A DNA stretch of 64,000 nt from an uncultured delta proteobacterium (GTDB lineage Bacteria > Myxococcota_A > Polyangia > Fen-1088). The DNA lies in assembly GCA_963755125.1 (NCBI GenBank), contig CAVWIP010000012.1:1-64000 (forward strand), read 5' to 3'. Under the pieces are notes generated by a model. That model searched no databases. It saw nothing but the letters and a program-made list of their open reading frames with translations, and was not told the origin of the DNA. Positions 1 through 9,740 of this stretch are shown here, one piece after another. Within the stretch, counting starts at the first letter, position 1. Every line of letters starts with the position of its first letter. The translations under genes were made by a program, and so were the position numbers.

Positions 1-1336
1 CGGCCTCACCAGCGGCTACCTCAGTCGAATCGCGGGCAAGGACATCTACGTCCTGGAGGACCGCTGCATGGGCAAAGGCGATGCGGCCTGCCACCTGTTC
101 GGACGCACGCGCGAGGGATGGGGTGACGAACGCGCCGAGGAGCTGCGCTTCTTCAAGCCGAGCCGCCTCAAGGAATGCCTCGATGTCTCCCTCGATCGGG
201 TCACGGAAACCTTGAAGGCGGCCGAGCGCAAGCTGCACGACCACCGCCGCGCGCTGGTCCGCGTGGCTCGCGACGTAGAGGAGCCACTGGGAATCGTCGC
301 ACAGAGCCCGACCATGCAGCAACTCGTGGATCTGGCGCGACGGGTGGCCAAGGTGGATTCGACCGTGCTTATCACCGGCGAGAGCGGATCGGGCAAGGAG
401 CGGGTCGCGCGGCTGGTGCACGAGGAGTCAACGCGCGCGGCGGGGCCGTTCATCGCAGTCAACTGTGGCGCCATCACGGAGACGCTGCTCGAAAGCGAGC
501 TGTTCGGACACGCGCGGGGCGCGTTCACCGGCGCGACTTCAGACCGGCCCGGCCTGTTCGAGGCGGCCAACAGCGGAACCCTGCTGCTGGACGAAGTGGG
601 CGAGGTTTCGCCCGGGATGCAGGTCAAGCTGTTGCGGACTCTGCAAGAGCGAGAGATCCGCCGCGTGGGCGAGAACAAGAGCCGACGGGTTGACGTGCGC
701 GTGGTGGCCGTGACCAACCGGGAGCTGGCCCACGGGGTCGCGGGCGGCACGTTTCGGCAGGACCTTTACTACCGGCTCAAGGTTGTCGAGTTGCACGTGC
801 CGCCGCTGCGCGAGCGCCGAGACGATGTCCTGCCGCTCGCCCGGGTGTTGCTCGCCGATGCGGCATTACGGATGAAGCGCAAGATCTCTAGCCTGGCTCC
901 TGCCGCCGCCGATCAGCTCCTGCGCCACGACTGGCCCGGAAACGTGCGCGAACTCGAAAACGCTATGGAGCGCGCCGTCGCGCTTGCCCGCGGGAGCCGC
1001 GTGGAAATTGAGGACTTGCCTGAGGAGATCCGCCAGGCGTTTGCAAGACTCGTGGCCAGCAAGGGGAGCGTGCGACCCCTCGATGAAGTTGAGAAAGACT
1101 ACATCCTCGCTGCCCTGAAGTTGAACGATGGAAACCAGACCCACACCGCCGAGCAGCTCCGCATCGGCTCGGCAACCCTGTACCGCAAGCTCAAGCGCTA
1201 CGGCCTGATCGGTGAAAAGCGCACGGTCGCTCCAGGCGCCCAACCAGGAGCGGATTCGGCTCCCGTCGTCTACCAAGAAGCGATCCGTGAAAAGCAACGG
1301 GAGTCCGGCCAGTTTGGCAGGACGCGTTCCGCGTGA
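1..1336 (+). CDS. Sigma-54-dependent transcriptional activator (XylR/V4R-type, AAA+, Fis HTH), 5' truncated by the window edge
   Basis: Frame open from base 2 (GLTSGYLSRIAGKDIYVLEDRCMGKGDAAC, V4R-like). Motifs GESGSGKE, ELFGH..GAFTGA, LLDEVGE, WPGNVRELEN and C-terminal HTH ATLYRKLK. Confidence 0.92.
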   Translation, partial: GLTSGYLSRIAGKDIYVLEDRCMGKGDAACHLFGRTREGWGDERAEELRFFKPSRLKECLDVSLDRVTETLKAAERKLHDHRRALVRVARDVEEPLGIVAQSPTMQQLVDLARRVAKVDSTVLITGESGSGKERVARLVHEESTRAAGPFIAVNCGAITETLLESELFGHARGAFTGATSDRPGLFEAANSGTLLLDEVGEVSPGMQVKLLRTLQEREIRRVGENKSRRVDVRVVAVTNRELAHGVAGGTFRQDLYYRLKVVELHVPPLRERRDDVLPLARVLLADAALRMKRKISSLAPAAADQLLRHDWPGNVRELENAMERAVALARGSRVEIEDLPEEIRQAFARLVASKGSVRPLDEVEKDYILAALKLNDGNQTHTAEQLRIGSATLYRKLKRYGLIGEKRTVAPGAQPGADSAPVVYQEAIREKQRESGQFGRTRSA

Positions 1337-1403
1337 GTGCGCACGACGCCCGCCGTTCTGCCTGATAGACTCCATTACTGCGTCACGCGCAACTGGAGGC
1401 ACT

Positions 1404-2768
1404 ATGTTGAATCGTGTATGTTCTGTTTTCGTGAAGCTGACCGTGGTGACCATGTTGGTTGTCACCGTGGGTGCAACTGGGTGCAGCAGCGGAGGCACGA
1501 GCGGGACTACTGGGGGCACGACTGGCACCACTGGAGGCACGACCAGCTTCGCGGGTGCGACCGGCACTACCGGAGGCAGCATTAGCACCATCGGCATTAC
1601 GGGTGGAGGTGGCTTGATCGCCACCGGCGGCGCGACGTTCATCGGGGGCGTGAGTGGAACCGGGGGTGTCACTGCCACAGGAGGCACCCAGATCGTCACG
1701 GGAGGCACCACCGAGAGCGGCGGCGTTGCACGGACAGGCGGTTCACCGACGGCCGGAGGCACTGGCGGCGGAGGTGACGCGACCGGCGGCGCCAACACCT
1801 CTGGCAGAACATCGTCGATCGGCGGAATGGCAACTGGTGGTGTGGGAGGCCCTGGCACGGGCGGCATCACGACCACCGGTGGCAACAGAGCGACGGGGGG
1901 GAGTGCATCAACCGGTGGCGTACTCGCCACGGGCGGTGTCAAGGGCGGGGCGACGAGCAACCGGGACGCTGGGGCCGACACTCCTGATGCCGCGATTGTC
2001 GATGCCGGCGCCCCGGATTCCCCGGCAGACGCTGGGCCTGGAGACGGCGGCACAGCATTCAGTTGTGGATCGAACACGTCTCCTCCTCCGAGTGTCGCGG
2101 TGGGTGGCGTCACCTACAACCTGAACTGGAGCGACGAGTTCAATGCCGCCACCCTCGATACCACTCACTGGAACTCCGCTGCGACCTGGTGCTGTGGCCA
2201 GGGCACGAACTTGCCTCAAAATGCCTACCTAAACGGCGGCTGCCTGGAACTCAAAGCCGGACAGTCCACGGGGGGAGGATACACATCCGGCTGGGTCGAT
2301 ACCCAGGGCAAATACACGTTCACGCGCGGCTATGTCGAGATCCGCGCGCGCCTCCCCAAGGGCCAGGGCATGTGGCCCGCGCTGTGGATGGACGAAGTTT
2401 CGGGCAACCCCGCCGCAGAGTTCGATATCATGGAGATGCTGGGGAACGACCCGACGACGATCTACCAGACCAACCACCTCTGGCCGAGCGGGGGTGGCGC
2501 AGGAACCCAGGTTCACCAGTGCACGTTCAAAGGGCCGGACTTCTCGGCCGGGTTTCACGTCTTCGGCTTCCAGATCCAGGCGACCCAGATCACCTGGTAC
2601 GTTGACGGTGCGCAAACATGCACGACCAACCAGGGCGTCAACACCAATCCGGTGTACCTCATGCTGAACACCGCCGTCGGCGGTGTCGGCTCGTGGCCCG
2701 GAGCGCCCGACCAAAGCACGGTCTTTCCCAACTACCTGGACGTCGACTACGTCCGGGTCTACCAGTGA
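1404..2768 (+). CDS. Glycoside hydrolase family 16 lipoprotein with a long Gly/Thr-rich linker
   Basis: GGAGG RBS before ATG 1404, lipobox-like GATGC, then WSDEF, WPALWM, catalytic EFDIME and VDYVRVYQ. Confidence 0.9.
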   Translation: MLNRVCSVFVKLTVVTMLVVTVGATGCSSGGTSGTTGGTTGTTGGTTSFAGATGTTGGSISTIGITGGGGLIATGGATFIGGVSGTGGVTATGGTQIVTGGTTESGGVARTGGSPTAGGTGGGGDATGGANTSGRTSSIGGMATGGVGGPGTGGITTTGGNRATGGSASTGGVLATGGVKGGATSNRDAGADTPDAAIVDAGAPDSPADAGPGDGGTAFSCGSNTSPPPSVAVGGVTYNLNWSDEFNAATLDTTHWNSAATWCCGQGTNLPQNAYLNGGCLELKAGQSTGGGYTSGWVDTQGKYTFTRGYVEIRARLPKGQGMWPALWMDEVSGNPAAEFDIMEMLGNDPTTIYQTNHLWPSGGGAGTQVHQCTFKGPDFSAGFHVFGFQIQATQITWYVDGAQTCTTNQGVNTNPVYLMLNTAVGGVGSWPGAPDQSTVFPNYLDVDYVRVYQ

Positions 2769-2982
2769 CTGGCCACGCTGCCGTCACCCCACCGATGCTG
2801 CGGCTAGCACTTCAGTAGTGCCAGGAAGTAGGTGATGGGGGCTCGTAGATAGCGCCCTGATGACAGGGCGGCGAAGGACGCCTAGCGGCCTTCCAGATTC
2901 CCGCCCCCCATCCCAGAGTTGCCACCGGGGCCCGCAGCGTACAGGATAGGGTGATCTCCGCTGCTCGTTAAGGAGGCTCATC

Positions 2983-4749
2983 GTGCACGACCTGTGCTTC
3001 GGCTCGCGTTTCCACAAGACCCTCGGTTTGTTCTTGCTGGCGCTGGACGCGGGCTGCGGCCAGGCGGCGGTGCAAGCTGGCCCCACCCCAGGCTTGGGGG
3101 ATGCCGGTACTGGGGTAGGCTCGAAAGACGCTGGCGCCACGCTCAACATCATCCCCTCCTCTGATGACGCTTCGATTGGGTCCGTCGACCTAGCGCCGCC
3201 CACGGACCTTCCGCCACCGCTGACCGACTTTCCATCCGACCCCGTACTCGACGGCGCGAACGTGCCCGCGAATGCTCCCGACCTGTTCACCAACACCACA
3301 CCACGAAACTGGGGCGCGCCTTGCATCGTATCGCCTGAGGCAAACACCTTGATGCCTATGAACTGGCTCCGGCCGCGCTTCGAATTCCTGCGTGCTGCCG
3401 ACGAGAACCTGTTCGAGATTCAGTTAACGGTTGCGGGCTTCGCCCATCCCCTCCTCATCTACACCGCCGGAGAAACTGCGCACGCCTGGCATCAGGGCGA
3501 CAGCACTTATGCGCTGGACGCCAACCTTTGGAATCAGCTTCGCAACTCGGTCACCGACCAGCCAATCACGGTGACGATTCGCGCCCTGACCCTGTCGTCG
3601 ACTGGGACCGTACAAAACCCGCCTTCGCTGCCGGCGACCTCCAGCTTCACTGTGGCGCCGGTCGAGGCGCCGGGAAAGATCGTCTATTGGGCGCTCGCAC
3701 AGGGGGGGGCCGGCTCGCTCAAGGGTTTCGGTATTGGAGAAGAGGCCGTGGAGGATGTGCTGCTCGTCGGCCAGGTGAAGGCCTCCACTCCGACGCTGGA
3801 CAACTGCATCGGCTGCCACGCCGCCACACCGGATGGACTCGCCGTGGGGATGGTGCTCGGGTCAAACGGCGATACAACCTACTTTAACAGCATCGCCGAC
3901 ATCCAGGCGGGAACCGCTGGGAACACTCCCAGCTACGTCGATCCCGGCGCGCTGGCCACCCTGCGCACGACCAAGGGCGGCACGCCAGCCTTCTCGCTTG
4001 CCCACTGGGTGGATGGTGATCGCATCGTCATTACCAGCAGCGACAACAACGCCACTTCGGATGTGGGTAACCTCCACTGGCTGCAGCTTGACAGTGCGAA
4101 CCAGCAGGGCGTGTTGGCACGCACCGGAGACAGCAACGCGGCGACCGAGCCCACGTTCAGCCACGATGGCCAGACCATCGCCTATGTATCGTCACCTGGC
4201 GCGAGCTCGGTCTACGATGGCCGTCTGACCAATGGTCCGGCGGACATCTATTCCATCCCTTACGGCAATCGACAGGGCGGCACGGCGACACCCATCGCCG
4301 GGGCCTCGGACCCGAACTACACCGAGTACTACCCGGCCTACTCTCCCGACGACGCCTTCATCGCCTTTACCCGCATGGCGGGCAATGGCAATTCGTACTC
4401 CAACTCGGCGGCGGAAGTCTTTCTTGTACCGGCTGCGGGCGGCGTAGCCCAGCGACTCGCGGCCAATGATGTGGCCGCGTGCCTGAGCGGTGTGCAAAGC
4501 CCCGGACTGACCAATGACTGGCCCAAGTGGTCCCCCCAAGCGACGTCCGCGAACGGCAAAACCTATTACTGGCTGACCTTCTCTTCCAAGCGCTCCGGGA
4601 CCGCTCAGCTCTTCGTGACGGCGGTCGTGCTCGACAGTGGATCTCTGACGACCTATCCTGCAATGTACCTATGGAACCAGCCTCCTGGCGATTCCAACCA
4701 CACGCCCTCCTGGGACAACTATCAAATCCCGCCCATCGTCATCCAGTAG
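2983..4749 (+). CDS. TolB-like (PD40/WD40-type beta-propeller) lipoprotein
   Basis: AGGAGG RBS, LDAGC lipobox, repeats PTFSHDG, PAYSPDD, PKWSP, PSW and a single CIGCH motif. Confidence 0.75.
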   Translation: MHDLCFGSRFHKTLGLFLLALDAGCGQAAVQAGPTPGLGDAGTGVGSKDAGATLNIIPSSDDASIGSVDLAPPTDLPPPLTDFPSDPVLDGANVPANAPDLFTNTTPRNWGAPCIVSPEANTLMPMNWLRPRFEFLRAADENLFEIQLTVAGFAHPLLIYTAGETAHAWHQGDSTYALDANLWNQLRNSVTDQPITVTIRALTLSSTGTVQNPPSLPATSSFTVAPVEAPGKIVYWALAQGGAGSLKGFGIGEEAVEDVLLVGQVKASTPTLDNCIGCHAATPDGLAVGMVLGSNGDTTYFNSIADIQAGTAGNTPSYVDPGALATLRTTKGGTPAFSLAHWVDGDRIVITSSDNNATSDVGNLHWLQLDSANQQGVLARTGDSNAATEPTFSHDGQTIAYVSSPGASSVYDGRLTNGPADIYSIPYGNRQGGTATPIAGASDPNYTEYYPAYSPDDAFIAFTRMAGNGNSYSNSAAEVFLVPAAGGVAQRLAANDVAACLSGVQSPGLTNDWPKWSPQATSANGKTYYWLTFSSKRSGTAQLFVTAVVLDSGSLTTYPAMYLWNQPPGDSNHTPSWDNYQIPPIVIQ

Positions 4750-4835
4750 TGCGCAACAAGAAGAGCGCACGCTGGAGAAGTTCACCTTCAGCATCCGGCA
4801 ATCCTTGAACGAAAACGCCTTTCCAAACAGAGCGA

Positions 4836-7073
4836 CTACGACGGCAATGAGGGCTTACCAAGCAAAGCGGGTTGCACGTCAGAAACCTCATCTTTCGCCT
4901 CAACCGCATGCCCATGGACCACGTACTCGCCGCTGTCGTCCCTCTGGCCAGGTGACGCGGCCGCGGCCTGCCTTGCCAGTTCAATAAAACGCTGCTGGCT
5001 GCGCCGCGGTGGATCGCCATTTTCGGGGTGCACACGTCGATAGGTTCCGTCGGGCAACAACATGCGCGCCTTCACGTTGTCCTCGCGGCTGATGGCCAAG
5101 ATCTCGTCGATCAATCGGTTGCGCAGTGATTCGTCGTCGATCGGAAACATGACCTCGACCCGGCGAACGAAGTTGCGCGGCATCCAGTCGGCCGAGGAGA
5201 GATACACCTCACGCCGGCCGCCGGCATGAAAGTGGAAGATGCGGGCGTGTTCCAGGTAGCGGTCGACCACGCTCAGCACGCGGATGTTCTCGCTCATGCC
5301 GGGAATTCCGGGCCGCAGACAGCAGATCCCGCGCACCAGCAGATCGATCGACACCCCGCTCTGCGACGCGCGATACAGGGCGCGGATCACCTCGGGGTCG
5401 ACCAGGGCGTTCATCTTGGCCACGATGCGCCCGGAACGGCCGTACATGCGTTCGCGCTCGATGAGTTCGATGATCCGCTCGGCCAGGCCCAATGGCGCCA
5501 CGGTGAAACGCTTCCACGAGGGCGGAGCGGAATATCCAGTCAGTAGATTGAACATGGCCCCGGCGTCGTCGGCAAATGCCTCGCGCGCCGTGAACAGCGA
5601 GATGTCCCCGTAGGTGCGGGCGGTGAGCGGATTGTAGTTTCCCGTCGACAGGTGCACGTAGCGACGGATGGCGTCGCCCTCGCGGCGCACCACCAACGAG
5701 GCTTTGCAGTGGGTCTTCAGTCCCACCACACCGTACACCACGTGCACACCGGCCTCCTCCAGCACGCGCGCCCAGGTGATGTTACGTTTCTCGTCGAAAC
5801 GGGCGCGCAGTTCGATCATGGCCGTCACTTGCTTGCCATTCTCCGCAGCCCGGGTCAGCGCGGCGACGATGGGCGAATCGGCGCTGGTCCGGTACAAGGT
5901 CTGCTTGATGGCCAGCACGTCAGGGTCCGCGGCCGCGGCAGACACGAAATCCACCACATGATCGAATGATTCGTACGGCAGGTGCAACAGCACATCGTGG
6001 TCGGAAATCACCCGGAACATGTCGGCGTCGACAAACGCCGCCACCGGCTGGGGAGAAAACGCGTCGTCCCGGCAGTCGCGCAATTCATCGCGCGCGGCCA
6101 GCGGGGACAGGTCGGCCAGGTGCAGCGGCCCCTCGGCGGGATACACGTCCTCCGGCTGCAGGTGCAGCGCCTTGCGCAGGAAGCCTTCCACCTCGGCGGG
6201 CGTGTCGTGTGCGAGTTCCAGGCGCACGGCCTGGTTGCGTTCGCGGCGCCGCAACTCGCGCTGGATGGTCTTGAGCAGATCGTCCGCGTCGTCTTCGTCC
6301 AGCGACAGATCGAAATCGCGTGTCACGCGGAAGCAATGACAGCCCACCACGCGGAAGCCCGGAAACAACTCGCCCACGTGCATGGCAATCACGTCTTCGA
6401 GCAAGACGAAGGCCGCGCGATGAGGCGACGATGGCGGGATCTCCACCAGCCGTTTCAGCACGGCCGGCACCTGCACCACCGCGAAGATGCGCGAGCGGCG
6501 AGGCACGCGCTGTCGCTCCTTGCGCAGGACGATGGCCAGGTTCAGGCTGCGGTTGCGCAGCACCGGGAAGGGATGCCCCTGATCCACTGCCAGCGGCGTC
6601 AACACCGGCCACACGTTGCGGTTGAAGTGCGCGTGCAAGAACCCCTTCTGCTCGGGGTTGAGCTGGTCAGGCGCCAGAATGGCCAGGCCGGCCTTGGCAG
6701 TCAGTTGCGGCGCGATGAAGTCGAGGAAGTTGCGGTACAGCGCCGCCACAATCTCATGGGTGCGCGCGGAGATCGCCGCGAGCTGTTCTCCGGGCAACAT
6801 CCCGTCTGCGCCACTGTCGGCCACGCCACCTGCCAGCAATTGCTTGAGGCCGGCAACCCGAACCATGAAGAACTCGTCCAGATTGGACGCCACAATGCCC
6901 TGGAACTTGCAACGCTCGGCCAGCGGCACCTCCGGGTCACACGCCTCCTCCAAGACGCGCCCGTTGAACTCCAGCGAGGAGAGTTCGCGATTGATGAAGT
7001 GGTGCGGGCGCACGTCGATCCCGGCGCCGCCCAGCGCATGGTCAGTCGAAACAGAATGGCGCTTGGAAGCCAA
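4836..7073 (-). CDS. ppk1: Polyphosphate kinase 1
   Basis: FINRELSSLEFNGRVL, NLDEFFMVRVAGL, HPFP, IKQTLYR, ELRARFDE, KTHCK, STGNYN, SADWMPRN. Confidence 0.98.
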   Translation of the reverse strand: MASKRHSVSTDHALGGAGIDVRPHHFINRELSSLEFNGRVLEEACDPEVPLAERCKFQGIVASNLDEFFMVRVAGLKQLLAGGVADSGADGMLPGEQLAAISARTHEIVAALYRNFLDFIAPQLTAKAGLAILAPDQLNPEQKGFLHAHFNRNVWPVLTPLAVDQGHPFPVLRNRSLNLAIVLRKERQRVPRRSRIFAVVQVPAVLKRLVEIPPSSPHRAAFVLLEDVIAMHVGELFPGFRVVGCHCFRVTRDFDLSLDEDDADDLLKTIQRELRRRERNQAVRLELAHDTPAEVEGFLRKALHLQPEDVYPAEGPLHLADLSPLAARDELRDCRDDAFSPQPVAAFVDADMFRVISDHDVLLHLPYESFDHVVDFVSAAAADPDVLAIKQTLYRTSADSPIVAALTRAAENGKQVTAMIELRARFDEKRNITWARVLEEAGVHVVYGVVGLKTHCKASLVVRREGDAIRRYVHLSTGNYNPLTARTYGDISLFTAREAFADDAGAMFNLLTGYSAPPSWKRFTVAPLGLAERIIELIERERMYGRSGRIVAKMNALVDPEVIRALYRASQSGVSIDLLVRGICCLRPGIPGMSENIRVLSVVDRYLEHARIFHFHAGGRREVYLSSADWMPRNFVRRVEVMFPIDDESLRNRLIDEILAISREDNVKARMLLPDGTYRRVHPENGDPPRRSQQRFIELARQAAAASPGQRDDSGEYVVHGHAVEAKDEVSDVQPALLGKPSLPS

Positions 7074-7109
7074 GGGTCTACGTCTTGCTCCGCGTTGAGA
7101 CTACCTTCT

Positions 7110-7127
7110 GTGACATTTGTGTGAACT
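7110..7127 (-). promoter_or_regulatory. Possible Pho-box-like direct repeat upstream of ppk1
   Basis: Minus strand AGTTCAC-ACAA-ATGTCAC, two heptamers at 11-bp period about 37 bp before the ppk1 start. Confidence 0.4.
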
Positions 7128-7169
7128 TTTGCGATGCCGCACCGGATTCTAGTGTCACCGAGCACATGT

Positions 7170-8669
7170 TCAAGCCGCTTCAACCCGCAGACGGCGGCGA
7201 AAAACCTGGCGGAACAGCGACGCCTCACGCATCACGTCCCACATCTCCAAGTCCACGGTTCCTCGCGCAGCCAGAGTCACGACGATCTCGTCGGGACGCA
7301 CGCGGGCCCGCAGTCGCCGCACCGGCCGGGCATGACTGCGATCGAGTGAGTCCGCCACGCGCAGAAGGGTCGCCAGCTTCCGCACGATCACGGCCTCGCT
7401 GCGCGACAGCCCCTCCATGCCGCTGTGGTGCAGGTCGGGATGGCTTCTGCGGTGATAGCGCGCGATGCGCGCCACCAGATCGCGCTCGCGATCGGCCAGG
7501 CCCGGGATGTCCGTATTGCGCACCAGATACTCGGTGTGGCGATGGTGCTTCTGGTAGTTCACCGAATTTCCGATATCGTGCAACCATGCGGCCGCCTCCA
7601 GATAGGGACGGACTGCCGCGGGCAAGCGATGGACCTGCGGGATCTGGTCGAACAGGGCCAGGGCCAGCGTGGCGACCTGTCGCGCGTGCGCCTCATCGAA
7701 CTGAAAGCGGCGCCCGAGCGCGAGCGCCTCGTCGGCCAGCGAACGATCGCGCTGACTGGCGCTACGCCGGTTGAGCAAATCGACCAGCAAGCCGTCGCGC
7801 AGGCCTCGATCAACGGCCGTCACCGCATCCAGCGAGAGCCGGCGTGCCAACGCCTCGAGAATCACGGCGCCAGCCAGCACGATATCGGCACGGGCCGGGT
7901 CGAAACGCTGCCGTCGCTCGCGCGGGCTCATGGCCGCCAATTCCTCGACCGCGCGGCCCAGTTGCTTGACCGTGGCCTGGTTGCTGCCCTCGGCCGCGGT
8001 GTAGTCCACCACCGCCCGGATCGAACCCGAACTGCCCAGCGCCACGCGAGGCGCGCCAGGAAGGACCTTGGGCAACGACTCGACCATGGCTTCACGTGCA
8101 TACTCGCGCGCCAGTCGAAGCTGCTTGGGGGTCGTGGTGTGGGCCAACTTGAACAGCTCGGTCAGGCGAACCGCGCCCATCGCGAGACTCCACAGGTGGG
8201 TGGGCCTGTCGCCCAACGCAACCGCCACCTCGGTCGATCCACCGCCGATATCGACGCACAGCGATCGGGTGTGGGGCCGCTTGCCCTGCAGGACGCCCAG
8301 GCAGATGAGCCGCGCCTCCTCCTTGCCCGAGATGATCTCCAGATTCAGCCTGGCCTCGCGCTGCACGCGCCGGACGATCTCGTCACGGTTGCGCGCCTCG
8401 CGCAGGGCACTGGTCGCCACCGCGCGCACCCGGGCGTGATAGCGGCGACACAAGGATCCGTAGCGCCGCAAGGTGCCCACCAGACGATCGACCGCCGGGC
8501 CCGGGATCGCTCCCCGCATGAACACGTCCTGCCCCGGTCGCACGGGATCGCGTTCCTGGTGGGTAATCTCGATGCTGCCGTCTTGCAAGGCACGACCCAT
8601 CTGCAGACGCACGGCATTGGCGCCGACGTCGACGGCAGCGATGATGGAATCTGTGCCTGGTGCTCTCAC
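7170..8669 (-). CDS. ppx: Ppx/GppA family exopolyphosphatase with C-terminal HD domain (start approximate)
   Basis: AAVDVGANAVRL, ATSALREARN, EEARL, DIGGGSTE, GLRDG, LHDIG, ARYHRR. Confidence 0.95.
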   Translation of the reverse strand: MRAPGTDSIIAAVDVGANAVRLQMGRALQDGSIEITHQERDPVRPGQDVFMRGAIPGPAVDRLVGTLRRYGSLCRRYHARVRAVATSALREARNRDEIVRRVQREARLNLEIISGKEEARLICLGVLQGKRPHTRSLCVDIGGGSTEVAVALGDRPTHLWSLAMGAVRLTELFKLAHTTTPKQLRLAREYAREAMVESLPKVLPGAPRVALGSSGSIRAVVDYTAAEGSNQATVKQLGRAVEELAAMSPRERRQRFDPARADIVLAGAVILEALARRLSLDAVTAVDRGLRDGLLVDLLNRRSASQRDRSLADEALALGRRFQFDEAHARQVATLALALFDQIPQVHRLPAAVRPYLEAAAWLHDIGNSVNYQKHHRHTEYLVRNTDIPGLADRERDLVARIARYHRRSHPDLHHSGMEGLSRSEAVIVRKLATLLRVADSLDRSHARPVRRLRARVRPDEIVVTLAARGTVDLEMWDVMREASLFRQVFRRRLRVEAA

Positions 8670-8772
8670 GCGATCACGCAAAGCCTTGGCTATGGGTCCC
8701 GAAAGGCAGCGGTGATTATGGCAGGGCCGTGTGACAAACGAGCAACAATCGGACGCGCCAGCCCGTCGTGGC

Positions 8773-9705
8773 TCACGCTTCAGTGGCGTGCTTGAACAAG
8801 GCCGCATTGCGACGCAAGGCGCTCTCCAACCAGTCGGCGGTCCGGCCCCTGAGAAACCGTCGGTGCAAGGCCTGCGCGCGATCCCTGAGACGCACGCTCA
8901 CCACACGAGCCGCGGCCGCGCGCGCGCGTTTGCCCTGGGCCTCCCATGAGGTTGCCTGGAGGGAAATCCATTCGGCCAGCACGAAAGCGTCGTGCAGCTG
9001 ACCCAGGATGTCCTGCACGTCCTTGAAACGCCTGACGGCATTGGCGCGGCCACCGAACAGGGCGCGATCCAGCTCGGCGGCGTAGCGCAGCCAGCGACAG
9101 CGCCGTCGAATCGCGTGTAAAGCCATCGGAGCAAAGTGTCTCCCCACGGCGCGCAGTTCCTCCATCGCCGCCCGAGCGTGTTTCCGGCGTGTGCTTCCCA
9201 GCCGCAAGGCAGCTTCACCCGAATCCGCCCCCCCACGCGCCATCAGGGCATCGAGGTCTTGGCGCAACCTAGTCGCATCGAAATCAGCCAGTGCCTGCGC
9301 GAGCTTCCTGTGCGCACGAGCGCGAGCCGTGGCAAGCCGGTGGCGCAAGAGGCGCACGACGATGGGCTCCGCCTTGGTTTGGGCCGCTTGCTCGTCGAAG
9401 AGCGCGGCGCACACGTCGAGATCGCGCCCCTGGCCAGCCAGCCGGGTCAGTGCACGCAGGCGCTTGAGCGAGCGCCGGACGCGACGCCCCGCCGGCCTGC
9501 GCGCAGCCACGGGCAGAGCCACGCGCAGCCGGCGCGACGCGACCCGGATCTGGTGAATCGGCTCTTCCTGACCGGCCTTGGCGCCAGGCAGGTTGGCAAA
9601 CAACCGTTGCACATGCTCGCGCACGAATCGCGTCGTGGGCAGTTCGTTCTGCTGGCCTGGTTGCTTCACAGTTCCGCCAGTCTGAAACAGGATTCGCTCG
9701 CCCAC
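8773..9705 (-). CDS. CHAD domain (polyphosphate-binding) protein
   Basis: IHQIRVASRRLR, RDLDV, LHAIRRRCRWLRY, QDILGQLHD. Lies between ppx and ppk2. Confidence 0.9.
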   Translation of the reverse strand: MGERILFQTGGTVKQPGQQNELPTTRFVREHVQRLFANLPGAKAGQEEPIHQIRVASRRLRVALPVAARRPAGRRVRRSLKRLRALTRLAGQGRDLDVCAALFDEQAAQTKAEPIVVRLLRHRLATARARAHRKLAQALADFDATRLRQDLDALMARGGADSGEAALRLGSTRRKHARAAMEELRAVGRHFAPMALHAIRRRCRWLRYAAELDRALFGGRANAVRRFKDVQDILGQLHDAFVLAEWISLQATSWEAQGKRARAAAARVVSVRLRDRAQALHRRFLRGRTADWLESALRRNAALFKHATEA

Positions 9706-9725
9706 AAGAACGCGGACGGTCTGGG

Positions 9726-9733
9726 AGTATAAT
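9726..9733. promoter_or_regulatory. Overlapping divergent -10 hexamers between the CHAD gene and ppk2
   Basis: AGTATAAT reads TATAAT on the plus strand (9728-9733) and TATACT on the minus strand (9731-9726). Confidence 0.5.
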
Positions 9734-9740
9734 GGCCCGC

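Noticed and set aside
866..2113. Long Pro/Val-rich ORFs antisense to the Gly/Thr linkers (also 16906-17409, 53421-54056, 62212-62985)
   Set aside because: They are mirror translations of GGN/ACN-rich linkers on the coding strand.
2831..2870. GGTGATGG...CTGATGAC resembling a fluoride riboswitch or hammerhead core
   Set aside because: The P1 and pseudoknot pairings of the fluoride riboswitch are missing, and there is no stem II plus GAAA for a hammerhead.
8670..8730. ACGCAAAGCC resembling a c-di-GMP-I riboswitch
   Set aside because: It lacks the upstream GGCAAA/P2 element and lies antisense to the ppx start.
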